This document shows positions 45,896 through 60,585 of a stretch of 64,000 nucleotides of DNA, one piece after another. The notes under the pieces were generated by a model. That model did not search any database. It worked only from the letters and a program-made list of their open reading frames with translations, and was not told where the DNA came from. The position numbers and the translations under genes were made by a program. Positions within the stretch are counted from its first letter, which is position 1; each line of letters begins with the position of its first letter. This stretch comes from Eledone cirrhosa (taxonomy: Eukaryota), in assembly GCA_964016885.1 (NCBI GenBank), contig OZ024746.1:70060001-70124000 (forward strand). The letters are read 5' to 3'.

Positions 45896-46624
45896 GAGGT
45901 ATGTTTTTTAAAAAAATATACACCTTCCAGACAAATGAAAAACACACAAAAAAACACATCAGTTAACTCATAATTTAGCAGAAAATATCTAAATACGGGT
46001 TTGTTAATTCAAATGTTTATAGTATCGCTATATTAGTGAACATACCATAGTAAAAATTTACATTCTTAAAGTAAAGACCTCAATTTTTAATATGGTGTAG
46101 TCATAATGCTGTTTTATAATTTTCAAGAAATATCTTAAGATAACAAAAGGAATGACATAAAAAAAGCAGCCAGCGACACATTCAGCATCAGCCATTCCAC
46201 CTTAGTCACAATAATGCCATGTTAATATGGCGGAGAAGAATGTCAGTGGAGAGGACTTAGGACACAAATTACAGCATTTTACTTTCCCTCTTAAAAAAAA
46301 AAAGAAGAAAATATGGCTCTCCAGACTTTGTAAATAAAAATAAATAATCAAAACTTTTAATAGTTGAGATGTATTCATCCATGTAAGTATTCCATCCTAC
46401 TGCTACATCAACCCTTATATAGATGTACCCAGACATATATTTCACCATTTGCTGTGAATTGGATGGTAAATACATGAAATTCAAATCAGGATATCATTTG
46501 TAAAAAGTAGTTACCAATCTGGAAACCTTTTATAGCAATGTGATAGGATAATTATTGTGTCTATTTGTTGAAACCTACAATTGTATTCTATTAAATTGAT
46601 TTCTTTTAACTAGACACAAGACAT

Positions 46625-46702
<78 letters not shown>

Positions 46703-46712
46703 TTCTCTCTCT

Positions 46713-46745
<33 letters not shown>

Positions 46746-46780
46746 TATATATATAAATATATTATATATATTATATATAT

Positions 46781-46820
<40 letters not shown>

Positions 46821-47439
46821 TTTGTGTGTGTGTGCGAGTGAGCGTATATATATATATATGTACACGCACACACACATATGTATATGTGTGTGCGCGAGTG
46901 TACATTTGTTAATGTTTCAGTTAAAGACAGAGCGAACCACAATTTAAGGCAAAGTTCTCAGTACATAGAAAAGAGTGGATCAATTTTCAATTATTACATT
47001 ATTCACTCTTACAGGACTAGGTTTTATTTCTTTCTGTAAGAATTCGTTTGAGAGGATCAGAAGAGGAGAGACTTCTTGTGAGAAGGTAGGGATTTTGATT
47101 ATGTCCTCTGTCTCTTTCTTTCTTTATTTCTTTCTTTCTTTCTTTAATTCTTTATTTATTTCTCTTTTCTTTCTTTCTTTCTTTCTTTCTAAGATTGTCT
47201 CCCCTTCTCTGTATTGACACACACACACACACACTCTTCACACAGACTGCGAAATTTAGAATTGGACAACGATTCAACCGCCAGCCGAGACTCCCAGCCT
47301 ACCCAACTGACAGGCAGTCCTCCACACACACGCCATATCCGATCACAAACAAATAAAAAAGACATCTCTTCCATTCTGACACTCTCAGGGGAATATTTAG
47401 AGAAAGATACATTACTACTCTCGTAAAAGTAATTGATCT

Positions 47440-47585
<146 letters not shown>

Positions 47586-47687
47586 CTCCAGAGTAACAGG
47601 ACTCACTATTTAGCCATAATAAAATGAGTATTTATACTCTTCTTTGGTGTTGAGTACTCTTTTCCCTCAGCTGTCAACCACATAGGG

Positions 47688-47760
<73 letters not shown>

Positions 47761-49003
47761 CGTATGTATATATATTGTTGTGACATTCATGCCATTCGTA
47801 AGACCATCATATAGATAATAAATGAGATGATTTCAATTAAAAAAATTGAAATTGTGTTAGTGTCGGTTGGTCGATAGAAATGCCTCTTGCTCCTGCTCTA
47901 GCTCTATTTCATCTACTCTACAAGTATTTCAAATAGATAAGATACTTCTAGGGAAAGAATTCCATCTCTTAAATTTAACATTAATTTCAAAGAAAAAATA
48001 AAAAATAAAATCAGTCTCACTACAATGGTTGTATCCACTGAAACGTGAGCCTGGGGGAAGAAATGAAAAATGATTCTGTATATATTACATCAGAAATGTG
48101 TGTTAAAGATATGTAAGTTATTAGATTGTTGTAATATACCCTGAAGTTTAATGTTTCCTGTCAGTCGAAATTAATGTTTGTCTGCTACATTCTATTGTTA
48201 TGAATTTATTTAAAAAAAAAGTAAAATTTCAAAGAATTGTGGCTCTATATAACAAGTTCCTGAAAATTAATTCTGCATAGAATTAATTTTTATTGCTAAT
48301 AATTCTTTATTTAACACTAGCGTGCTTATGGGTGAAAAAAAAATGAGTGCAAATGAAATTTTCATAAATAGTTTTAAATGTTAAATGTTTTCTACTTTAA
48401 TCATTTCTTATCTTCTCCAGTTTAGAGATATTAATGGCACACAATTCTTAATTTTTTCCGCTGCAAATTTATAGAATTCTCCGCTTCATATACATCACCA
48501 AATAAAGCTCAGATTAACTGCTGGTTCCAAACAATGCATTTTAGAATTATTTTCTATACTGACCAAGAATTTTATGGGTTTGTACTTAGAATCATCACAA
48601 TGTCACTGATTCTCCTACTAACCTATTGTCCTCATCCCCCAGCATTTATTAGTAGGGGAACAAAATTATTAAATATCAACTAAACTATTTATTTCTACTA
48701 ATATAAGTTCTATAAAGTTTAATCTATGGTGTTGTATTGTCCTTCGGGGACACACAAAACGTATGTAATTTAGAAAACCATTTTAAATAACAAGAAATAT
48801 GTTGCAATAAATAGAGTATAGTAAGTTAACTTTATGCTTAAATTTCCTTTTTATGGAGTTCATTCTAGACTAAACAACTGGATCCAAAGTTTTCATAATA
48901 ATAATTATAACATATTCACTTGTTTTAGGAGTCTCCACCAACCCCCAATTTATCTAAATACACATAGGAATTGCTGATCTCTTTTATTATTTTTCTTCTT
49001 ATA

Positions 49004-49580
49004 AGGGCGGTGGATTGGCAGTATCGGTAGAGGGTCGGACGCCATGCTTTGCAGCATAGAGTTACGGCCCTTTATGATCTGAGCTCAAATCTCGCCGAGG
49101 TTAACTTTGTCTTTGATCCTTATGGGGTCGATAAAATAAAGTACCAATCACGGCCTTGTGCCTATATAAGAAACCATTATTTTTCTTCTTGGCAGTATTG
49201 GTAGAGGGTCGGACGCCATGCTTTGCAGCATAGAGTTACGGCCCTTTATGATCTGAGCTCAAATCTCGCCGAGGTTAACTTTGTTTTGATCCTTATGGGG
49301 TCGATAAAATAAAGTACCAATCACGGCCTTGTGCCTATATAAGAAACCATTATTTTTCTTCTTGGCAGTATTGGTAGAGCGTCGGACGCCATGCTTTGCA
49401 GCATAGAATTACGCCGCTTTACGGTCTGAGTTCAAATCCCAACGAAGTTAACTTTGCCTTTCATCCTTACGGGATCGATGAAATAAAGCACCAGTAACGT
49501 ACTGGGGTCGATTTAATCGACTTTCGCCTCCCTCCAAATTACTGGCCTTGTTCCTATACTAGAAATCATTATTTTTCTTC
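49004..49580 (+). mobile_element. Head-to-tail trimer of SINE family A
   Basis: Units at about 49004-49190, 49191-49362 and 49363-49580; each ends in ATTATTTTTCTTCTT, which also precedes unit 1. Confidence 0.92.
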
Positions 49581-50307
49581 TTATATATAACCACTTGTAA
49601 CCTACACCTCTTTGTTCCTTTTATTTTATGTAGAAACTACACACATTCAAATATCCTTAAATTTAGATATATTTATTGTTAACATCAGTTGCTAACGATA
49701 GAAAATTATTTTCTTTCTGTGAAGGAACGCTTTACAAGGTGCAGATTTCACAGAGCCATTTAAGCGTTGAATAGAATACCTTGCCATATTTGTTTCGGTC
49801 ATATGTGCTCTGAACTAGTATCTCAGCGAGATCAACTTCGTCTATTCCCCTTTTGAAGTTGATGAATACAGTGGCAGTCTAGAGAATTAGCACTGGGGTC
49901 GATTATTCTTTTCTCTGCCACAACCACCACCACCACCACCACCACCATCATCATCACCACTTCCAACATCACAACCACCATTACTACCTCCCCATGAAGC
50001 ATGAATGCATTATGGAAGATGCAAATGAAATCAAACAGGGAGGAATATTTTGAGACTGATGGCTCAAAGCAATACTGGTGGAACCTAAAAATAAAAAACT
50101 GCCACCAAATTAAAGCACACTCGGCCTTATATTATTGTTTGGGACCACACATTAAAAACATGCTCTGTTGTAGAAGTCAGCTGCCCATTCGATGTAAATG
50201 TAGTAAGAAAAATACAAGTGGACGGAGATGTCTACAGACCATAAATGAGAAGTTTACAGATCCAGTATCAAAAATACACGTTCAACTTTATAACTGTCAT
50301 TATGTGG

Positions 50308-50492
50308 TAGATTGGCAGTATCGGTAGAGGGTCGGACGCCATGCTTTCCAGCATAGTTACGTCCCTTTACGATCTGAGTTCAAATCCCGCCGAAGTTGAC
50401 TTTGCCTTTCATCCTTACGGGGTCGATAAAATAAAGTACCAGTAATGCACTGGGTAATTGCTGGCCTTGTGCCTAAAGTAGAAACAATTATG
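50308..50492 (+). mobile_element. SINE family A (young short subfamily)
   Basis: Intact A and B boxes and tail. Confidence 0.92.
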
Positions 50493-51087
50493 TATATAAC
50501 TGCATACATGTATATACGTATTTACACATTTTTGGGTGGCCGTTGACTCTTATGAGTTCTTCTGCATACACACATACGTACGTACATACATACATACATA
50601 CATACATAGACACAACACAAATAGACAGGGTATTTAACATAATGTTAAACATGTATTAGTTAAACTTTTGAAAGTAAAGTATTAACTGAAAACAAGTGTA
50701 AGTAACAGTATTGCAGTAGCCATTCTTGGTTGACTCATTCTCAATAATGTTAACATCATTTCAGTTTGTCATTAGTATACAGAGATAGTCAAGTTGATAG
50801 CTCTCTATAAAATTATACTTCCTTCTATTATAGCGTTTCTTATTCACTGACATCTAAAAGAGAAGGAGTCAGTCTTTTTATCTTTGTGCGCCCTTCTCTT
50901 TCTTATGTTTGTTGATTCATTAGCTACAGTAATGAACTTTCTTGTCTCCACACAATATTTATATGAAATCGTCATTATAATTACTTTCTCTGATTTTGTT
51001 TTTTGTTTCAATCACAATTCATTGTTCTTTCGTGAACGTCATATACATTTCCATCAACTAATCACACCAAATACAATCCCACTAGAT

Positions 51088-51254
51088 CAGTGGTTCCCAA
51101 AGTGAGTTCCGCAAAGGAGTGTCTGGGTTTCCATGAAAAGAAGTAGAGGAGTATATTTATATTACGACCATATAACAGTATTAGACTTTGGCGCTCCCCC
51201 AAAAGTTTCTGAACCAAAAGCCGTTCCGCGTTTGAAAAAGTTTGGGAAAACCTG
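51088..51254. mobile_element. hAT (Charlie-like) MITE
   Basis: TIRs CAGTGGTTCCCAAA / TTTGGGAAAACCTG; degenerate 8-bp TSD CACTAGAT / CACAAAAT. Confidence 0.7.
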
Positions 51255-51261
51255 CACAAAA

Positions 51262-51745
51262 TATAGGCTCATGTCAGGTGAGAAATGTTAGCCTTTTAAA
51301 TCTAGTATATAGGTATATGTCAGATGAGAAATGTTAGCCTTTTAAAGCTAGTATATAGGTCTATCTCAGGTGAGAAATGTTGGCCTTTTAAAGCTAGTAT
51401 ATAGATCTATGTCAGATGAGAAATGTTAGCCTTTTAAAGCTCGTATATAGGTCTATGTCAGATGAGAAATGTTGGCCTTTTAAAGCTCGTATATAGGCCA
51501 ATGTCAGATGAGAAATGTTAGCTTTTAAAGCTCGTATATAGGCCAATGTCAGATGAGAAATGTTGTCCTTTTAAAGCTCGTATAAAGGTCTATGTCAGGT
51601 GAGAAATGTTGGCTCTTTAAAGCTCGTATATAGGTTTATGTCAGGTGAGAAATGTTAGCCTTTTAAAGCTCGTATATAGGTTTATGTCAGATGAGAAATG
51701 TTGGCCTTTTAAAGCTTGTATACAGGTCTTTGCCAGTGAGAAATT
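51262..51745. repeat. 46-bp minisatellite, about 10 copies
   Basis: Unit ATGTCAGATGAGAAATGTTAGCCTTTTAAAGCTAGTATATAGGTCT. Confidence 0.95.
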
Positions 51746-53140
51746 TCTGACTGCTCATTAAGTATTTTAGTAATCAGTACTAAATACATAATTTCTGTAT
51801 GGATTACGGGTGTATAAATGAGCATGAATTGTATATTATATACTTACAAACAACAGAAAATAATCCAAGAACTAGAACTTATTATGAATAAGTCTCCTCT
51901 TTAAAATCGTAGGCCCATACCAACAGTTCCACCAGCTTCTCTCTTGTCTAGCCTTTCGTGACGTAGTCCATCAGATCAGATCGGGTTACAGTGCTGTAAG
52001 ACGCTGTTTTCAGTTTCCACCATCAATAATCTCATGTTCCCGATCATCCGAATCTATCGCTACATGTCCTTCAGATCGACCATAATTTATCTTCACCAAG
52101 TGATCTATAAGTGTCATCGATCTTTTTACCTCATGTTAACTCCCACTTTTATAGCTCCTCTTAAATGTTGCTGTTTGTCAAGTCGTTGTAGGATCTCAGT
52201 CCACCAAATATCAGTATTTTAGATATTTTAAGCTGCGATACAAATAGTGATTTTTTGTCCATCTATTTATATCACGGAGGGGAAAATTTGAATTGAAAAA
52301 AGACAACGAATTGAAAAAGAAAAATGAAAAGCATAAACTACCTTAACAATGTTTGACAAGTATAATTATTAATTATGATCAGGATTAACTAATTTACATT
52401 TTATCGGCAAATGTAGCCGTAAATGTCGAGGGGGATTATTCTACTGGAATGATTTCCACTTTGGTCTAAGAATATCGACAACTTTAGAAAAAGACATTAC
52501 ACTACAGATCCATAGTTAAATTTCACGAAACCCAGTATCACACGAGATAACCGCTCATTAGATAGATTTTATAACACCAGACTAATATTTTAAAACGCGA
52601 AACTCTTTTTCATTTTTCGGCACACCAAACCAATTAGTGGGTCTCTGCATGATCGCCCCACTTTCTAGAAATAGCAGATAAATCTCTCTCAAACTCCACA
52701 TTGAATAACGTAGTCCTGGACACATTATGTCTCAATAAAAGACGGAATGATCACAGGCGAAACGCCTTTGAGCAGAGGTATACTTGATCGGAGTTGACCT
52801 GGAGTTAAACAACAAGAACAACAACGATGATTTCGAGGATGACGATAGCATAACCTTTGTTTCTATCACCTTCTATAAAGCCAGGATAATTTAACTAGTG
52901 AAAGTTAAATATCTACGCCAGATGTACATGTTACAGCTACTGATAGTATGAGCTACCGATGCTATGACAAGAACAGTCAAGTATATGTGAGCTATCGATC
53001 GTATGAGAAATGTACCATTACACTGTAGATTGTGAGTCACAGATGCCATGACACACACATGCTCGTATATATAAATATGTGTGTGTGTGTGAATTAATAT
53101 ATATATATATATATATACACACAGAGAGCGAGTGGGAGAG

Positions 53141-53179
<39 letters not shown>

Positions 53180-53414
53180 TTACTAGTTAAGACCAGCAAG
53201 ACTATTATTCAACCTAGTACTCCATACTTAAGGAAAGCAGAGTGCATTAAAACTAACAAAACCAAAGTCAGTTGAGCTATAACCAGATTCTACAGGCTAG
53301 TATATTCTAGCACATTGTAGATATACAGGGTAGTATATTCTAGCAGTGTAGACATACAGTGTGGCTGTCAGTTCCGCTTACGTGAATAGTTACCTGTCAC
53401 ATATCTTCTTCAGT

Positions 53415-53680
53415 CGAATGGTTAAGAAGTTCGTTTTGCAATCATTAGATCCCGGATTCGATCTCACTGCATGGCATCTTGAGCAAGTATTATTTACAAT
53501 TACCATAGCTTCGGACCGACCCATGCTTTGTGAGTGAAACTAGGTAGATAGAAACTGTTTGGAAGCCCATCTGATGGCCTGTACCATTCAAAGAGTCAGC
53601 CATGTGACACACGGTCACACGGAATCTTTCTGATAACTTCGTTAGGGTACACGTGCATCTGGAATGCTTAAAAAACTGGG
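53415..53680 (+). mobile_element. Old tRNA/CORE-like SINE (family C); relatives near 17895-18085, 27600-27760 and 41920-42000
   Basis: GGTTAAGAAG...GATTCGATCTCACTGC...TTGAGCAAGT...GGTAGA(T/C)(A/G)GAA motifs. Confidence 0.55.
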
Positions 53681-54419
53681 ACATTCATCGTCAAAACCGA
53701 CATAAGCCCATTCTAGTGTCGGCCTTTCCAGGCGCGATATTTGTTACTTTCAAGCTAATTGGTACCATAGAAACCAGGGATAAACACGGGCACAATAGAT
53801 TGTAGACGTTCTCTAAAGGAAATAAGAATTAGGAAGTGAATGTAGGTTTCTGAAGTAGTGGTAATCTTTAGATATTACTAAAGTGGTGGAAATCTTTAAA
53901 TATTTCTAAAAGCGTCGAAATATTTAAATATTTCTGAAATGTTGGAAATATTTAGATGTTACTCAAGTGGAAGTAGAAAAATGTTAGCACTACTGTAATA
54001 TAAGTAGAAGCTTCAATCATTAGTGAAGTAAAGGTAGCAAACTTCATGTTTCAATGATGTAGAGGTAGAAAACTGTAAGTAGAGCACTTTAAAATATTAC
54101 TGAATTATACTTAAAGAAAAATAAAAAGGCAAAAATACGTTTTAAAGATATCCAAAACATGTACTTTCCGATAAATTTCCAAGTGTGTGTAATTGTGAAA
54201 GACTGATAAAGATAAAACATAGGTTCACAGTATTAGCATTTATTTCTCGGAAGTAATGCTTACCATATAAAAATTATTAATTTAATTATTTATCTAACGT
54301 TGTTTTTCCTTCTGCTTCATACGTAACTCATTATCATACTACGTGAATAATGAGATTAACTACTTATAATGATATTAAAAATTGATTGTGTTATAAAATT
54401 TTTTCGAATTTAACAGATT

Positions 54420-54730
54420 TTGTTTTGAAAGCTATTGTCTTTCAAATATACAATGTCTTGTTTTGAACGAGATGTTAACCCCACGGTGTCTTTCAAATAT
54501 ATATTTTGTTTTGAAAGCGATGGCATCACTGTGTGAAGCAAGTGTCCTTTAAATATATAATATTTTGTTTTGAAAGATCTAATATCACTGTGTGAGGCTA
54601 CTGTCTCTCAAACTTACATTTCATTTGAAGATGTTATCACTGTGTGAGGTTACTGTTTCTCAAACTTACAACATTTCATTTGAAGATGTTATCACTATGT
54701 GAGGCCGCTGTCCCTCAAATACACAATATT
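54420..54730. repeat. Degenerate ~50-60-bp tandem repeat
   Basis: Recurrent TTTGAA...ATCACTGTGTGAGG...TCAAA. Confidence 0.65.
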
Positions 54731-54811
54731 CCATTTGCTTACCCCAGAATGTTTCCACGTTGTATTTTGACTTATGTTTACATCACAGATCAGCTTCTGC
54801 AAACGTTATCA

Positions 54812-54992
54812 TATAATTGTTTCTACTTTTGGCACAAGGCCAGCAATTACCCAGTACATTACTGGTACTTTATTTTATCGACCACGTAAGGAAGCAAGGC
54901 AAAGTTAACCTCGGTGGGATTTGAACTCAGATCCTAAAGGGACGTAACTATGCTGGAAAGCATGTTGTCCGACTCTCTACCGATACTGCCAA
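54812..54992 (-). mobile_element. SINE family A
   Basis: Reverse match to consensus. Confidence 0.9.
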
Positions 54993-55091
54993 ACATATTC
55001 ATATAACGGGGAATAAGAGTCGAATTTTGAGTTTCAATTTGTTACTTTCGAATGAAATGAAAACTTCTAGAAACCCTTTGAATATTAGTAA

Positions 55092-58000
55092 GTAGTGTGT
55101 GGTGTGTAGATATAGTGTGGTGTGTAGATATAGTGTGTAGTGTGTAGATATAGTGTGTGGTGTATTGATATAGTGTGGCGTGTAGATATAGTGTGGTGTG
55201 TAGAAATAGTGTGTAGTGTGTAGATATAGTGTGGTGTGTAGATATAGTGTGGTGTATTGATATAGCGTGTAGTGTGTAGATATAGTGTGTGGTGTGTAGA
55301 CATAGTGAGGTGTGTAGAAATAGTGTGTAGTGTGTAGATATAGTGTGGTGTGTAGATATAGTGTTTAGTGTGTAGATATAGTGTGGTGTGTAGATATAGT
55401 GTGTAGTGTGTAGATATAGTGTGGTGTGTAGATATAGTGTGGTGTATTGATATAGTGTGGTGTGTAGATATAGTGTGGTGTGTAGATATAGTGTGTAGTG
55501 TTTAGATATAGTGTGATGTGTAGATATAGTGTGTAGTGTGTAGATATAGTGTGTAGTGTATAGATATAGTGTGGTGTGTAGATATAGTGTGGTGTCTGTA
55601 GATATAGTGTGTAGATATAGTGTGGTGTGTAGATATAGTGTGTAGTGTGTAGATGTAGTGTGGTGTGTAGATATAGTGTGATGTGTGTAGATATAGTGTG
55701 TAGATATAGTGTGGTGTGTAGATATAGTGTGTAGTGTGTAGATATAGTGTGGTGTGTAGATATAGTGTGTAGTCTGTAGATATAGTGTGTAGTGTGTAGA
55801 TATAGTGTGGTGTGTAGATATAGTGTGTAGTGTGTAGATATAGTGTGGTGTGTAGATATAGTGTGTAGTGTGTAGATATAGTGTGTGGTGTATTGATAGA
55901 GTGTGGTGTGTATATATAGTGTGGTGTGTAGATATAGTGTGTAGTGTGTAGATATAGTGTGGTGTGTAGATATAGTGTGTAGTGTGTAGATATAGTGTGG
56001 TGTGTAGATATAGTGTGGTGTATTGATATAGTGTGGTGTGTAGATATAGTGTGGTGTGTAGATATAGTGTGTAGTGTTTAGATATAGTGTGGTGTGTAGA
56101 TATAGTGTGTAGTGTGTAGATATAGTGTGTAGTGTATAGATATAGTGTGGTGTTTAGATATAGTGTGGTGTGTGTAGATATAGTGTGTAGATATAGTGTG
56201 GTGTGTAGATATAGTGTGTAGTGTGTAGATGTAGTGTGGTGTGTAGATATAGTGTGATGTGTGTAGATATAGTGTGTAGATATAGTGTGGTGTGTAGATA
56301 TAGTGTGTAGTGTGTAGATATAGTGTGGTGTGTAGATATAGTGTGTAGTCTGTAGATATAGTGTGTAGTGTGTAGATATAGTGTGGTGTGTAGATATAGT
56401 GTGTAGTGTGTAGATATAGTGTGGTGTGTAGATATAGTGTGTAGTGTGTAGATATAGTGTGGTGTGTAGATGTAGTGTGGTGTGTAGATATAGTGTGGTG
56501 TGTGTAGATATAGTGTGTGGTGTGTAGATATAGTGTGGTGTGTAGATATAGTGTGTAGTGTGTAGATATAGTGTGGTGTGTAGATATAGTGTGTAGTGTG
56601 TAGATATAGTGTGGTGTGTAGATGTAGTGTTTAGTGTGTAGATATAGTGGGGGTGTGTAGATATAGTGTGGTGTGTAGATATAGTGTGTAGTGTTTAGAT
56701 ATAGTGTGGTGTGTAGATATAGTGTGTAGTGTGTAGTGTTTAGATATAGTGTGGTGTGTAGATATAGTGTGTAGTGTGTAGATATAGTGTGTAGTGTATA
56801 GATATAGTGTGGTGTGTAGATATAGTGTGGTGTGTGTAGATATAGTGTGTAGATATAGTGTGGTGTGTAGATATAGTGTGTAGTGTGTAGATGTAGTGTG
56901 GTGTGTAGATATAGTGTGATGTGTGTAGATATAGTGTGTAGATATAGTGTGGTGTGTAGATATAGTGTGTAGTGTGTAGATATAGTGTGGTGTGTAGATA
57001 TAGTGTGTAGTCTGTAGATATAGTGTGTAGTGTGTAGATATAGTGTGGTGTGTAGATATAGTGTGGTGTATTGATATAGTGTGGTGTGTAGATATAGTGT
57101 GGTGTGTAGATATAGTGTGGTGTGTGTAGATATAGTGTGTGGTGTGTAGATATAGTGTGGTGTGTAGATATAGTGTGTAGTGTGTAGATATAGTGTGGTG
57201 TGTAGATATAGTGTGTAGTGTGTAGATATAGTGTGGTGTGTAGATGTAGTGTTTAGTGTGTAGATATAGTGGGGGTGTGTAGATATAGTGTGGTGTGTAG
57301 ATATAGTGTGTAGTGTGTAGTGTGTAGATATAGTGTGGTGTGTAGTGTGTAGATATAGTGTGTGTGTAGATGTAGTGTTTAGTGTGTAGATATAGTGGGG
57401 GTGTGTAGATATAGTGTGTAGTGTGTAGATATAGTGTGTAGTGTGTAGATATAGTGTGGTGTGTAGATATAGTGTATGGTGTGTAGATATAGTGTGGTGT
57501 GTAGATATAGTGTGTAGTGTGTAGTGTGTAGATATAGTGTGTAGTGTGTAGATATAGTGTGGTGTGTAGATATAGTGTGTAGTGTGTAGATATAGTGTGG
57601 TGTGTAGATGTAGAGTGGTGTGTAGATATAGTGTGGTGTGTAGATATAGTGTGTAGTGTGTATATATAGTGTGTAGTGTGTATATATAGTGTGTAGTGTG
57701 TAGATATAGGGTATATTGTGTAGATATAGTGTGGTGTGTAGATATAGTGTGGTGTGTAGATATAGTGTGTAGTGTGTAGATATAGTGTGGTGTGTAGATA
57801 TAGTGTGGTGTGTGTAGATATAGTGTGGTGTGTAGATATAGTGTGTAGATATAGTGTGTAGTGTGTAAATATAGTGTGGTGTGTAGATATAGTGTGTAGT
57901 GTGTAGATATAGTGTGGTGTGTAGATATAGTGTGTAGTGTGTAGATATAGTGTGGTGTGTAGATATAGTGTGTAGATATAGTGTGGTGTGTAGATATAGT

Positions 58001-58642
58001 GTGTAGTGTGTAGATATAGTGTGGTGTGTAGATATAGTGTGTAGTGTGTAGATATAGTGTGTGGTGTATTTATAGAGTGTGGTGTGTAGATATAGTGTGG
58101 TGTGTAGATATAGTGTGTAGTGTTTAGATATAGTGTGGTGTGCAGATATAGCGTGTAGTGTGTAGAAATAGTGTGGTGTGTAGATATAGTGTGTAGTGTG
58201 TAGATATAGTGTGTATTGTGTAGATATAGTGTGGTGTGTAGATATAGTGTGGTGTGTAGATATAGTGTGTAGTGTGTAGCTATAGTGTGATGTGTAGATA
58301 TAGTGTGTAGTGTGTAAATATAGTGTGGTGTGTAGATATAGTGTGTAGTGTGTAGATATAGTGTGTGGTGTATTGATAGAGTGTGGTGTGTATATATAGT
58401 GTGTAGTGTGTAGATATAGTGTGGTGTGTAGATATAGTGTGGTGTGTAGATATAGTGTGTAGTGTGTAGATATCGTGTGGTGTGTAGATATAGTGTGTGG
58501 TGTGTAGATATAGTGTGTAGTGTGTAGATAAAGTGTATAGTGTGTAGATATAATGTGGTGTGTAGATATAGTGTGTAGATATAGTGTGGTGTGTAGATAT
58601 AGTGTGTAGTGTGTAGATATAGTGTGTAGTGTGTAGATATAG
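55092..58642. repeat. 18/20-bp satellite (GTAGATATAGTGTGGTGT / GTAGATATAGTGTGTAGTGT), 3.5 kb
   Basis: Seen directly; variant block AGATGTAGTGTGGTGTGTAGATATAGTGTGATG recurs near 55651, 56227 and 56889. Confidence 0.97.
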
Positions 58643-59122
58643 TTGCCATCCATCTCTATGCGACTAGAGGCGTAGACATGGCTTATTGAGAGATTACCTA
58701 TTAAGGACCAAACATCATATTGTAGGTGTTTGTTGACTAGGTAACAACCTTAATATTGTAGGTATCAGAAAATAGCGATAGCAGTGTAAATGAAATGATA
58801 TGCTACCTGGTGGAATGCAAAAATTCGTATCAAAAATTTTCCACTGGTATTTTACCACTTGCTCTACGTTGTTGTTAGGGTTTTACCATTTACTCTACAA
58901 TGTCGCTGCCATCCTATTTAAGATCCGTTTAATTCTAGAGGCTCTACCATAACTAATGAGATTCAACTGAGACCTACTTATTGTTATTGCTACTTGACAC
59001 AGTTTATGACATGGCCACAGACTAGTCAGTTACTAGTACACTGCATCCGGCCAACTTCCAAACAAATGTTCCCAACCTAAATTTCACTAACAAACGAGAT
59101 TATGGTATATATATATATATAA

Positions 59123-59183
<61 letters not shown>

Positions 59184-59186
59184 TAG

Positions 59187-59529
<343 letters not shown>

Positions 59530-59613
59530 TGTATGTATATATGTATATATATGTAGATAACGTTAAGGTATATCATCCTTAGTCATGTCAAATATTTATA
59601 AAACATTTTGTAG

Positions 59614-59669
59614 TTTATCTGATGATAGCGTACCAAATCTTTTGGTACTCTTGAAATATATATAATAGA
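59614..59669 (+). ncRNA. Type I hammerhead ribozyme with intact core
   Basis: TTTAT-CTGATGA-TAGcGTACCAAA(TCT)TTTGGTACtCTT-GAAA-T(ATAT)A-TA-ATAGA, then AATAAA; insert 59555-59720 lies between (TA)n tracts. Confidence 0.75.
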
Positions 59670-59716
59670 ATAAATATGGTTTGATAAATATATTTTCCAA
59701 TTATTTAATATCATTG

Positions 59717-59770
<54 letters not shown>

Positions 59771-59773
<3 letters not shown>

Positions 59774-59861
59774 GATATAGTGTGTAGTGTGTAGATATAG
59801 TGTGGTTTGTAGATATAGTGTGGTGTGTAGATATAGTGTGTAGTGTGTATATATAGTGTGT

Positions 59862-59864
<3 letters not shown>
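59771..59864. repeat. Isolated island of the 18/20-bp satellite inside (TA)n
   Basis: About 5 units matching those of 55092-58642. Confidence 0.9.
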
Positions 59865-59926
<62 letters not shown>

Positions 59927-59928
<2 letters not shown>

Positions 59929-59977
59929 CTTACTGATGATTTCTCCCGAATGAAACAGTTCTAGTCCTGTAGAAGCC
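59927..59977 (+). ncRNA. Type I hammerhead ribozyme starting at a (TA)n junction
   Basis: GGCTTa-CTGATGA-T-TTC(TCCC)GAA-T-GAAA-CAG(TTCTAGTC)CTG-TA-gAAGCC; GUA triplet; A.G mismatch at the first stem I pair. Confidence 0.72.
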
Positions 59978-60284
59978 ATTTCTATATTAAACATTTATAC
60001 ACTCTGCTATGTATTGAGTACCTGACTTACTATGGTTATTCCCGATTGAACGCAGGATAAACATATATATATATATATACGCATACATGCATACGACATA
60101 TTTGTAAGTGTTGCACAGACACACACCTATTTATCTATCTATCTCATTATATATATTGGGGATTTCGATTGTTGAAATTGTTTGTTTTTATATTTTTTAC
60201 ACGACTGTATGTAAAATCCCCGGCATGTCTTTGTATTGTCCTCTTTCTTGTTGGGCCCTTGTGGCTAATAAAGAAATCTATCTC

Positions 60285-60407
<123 letters not shown>

Positions 60408-60491
60408 AAAACAAGAGAATGCATTAACATTCGTGTTAACAGAAAGTTACAGTCAGCAGAATACAAAAGACGGCAAAGAAAATAAAAAATA

Positions 60492-60569
<78 letters not shown>

Positions 60570-60585
60570 TAAAATAACAGATTAA

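Noticed and set aside
51900-52210. Possible decayed RTE LINE 3' end on minus
   Set aside because: Similarity too weak to support without a search.
56631-58653. 672-aa and 424-aa His/Thr/Tyr-rich ORFs
   Set aside because: Translations of the 18/20-bp satellite; unit lengths are not consistently multiples of three and several frames are open.
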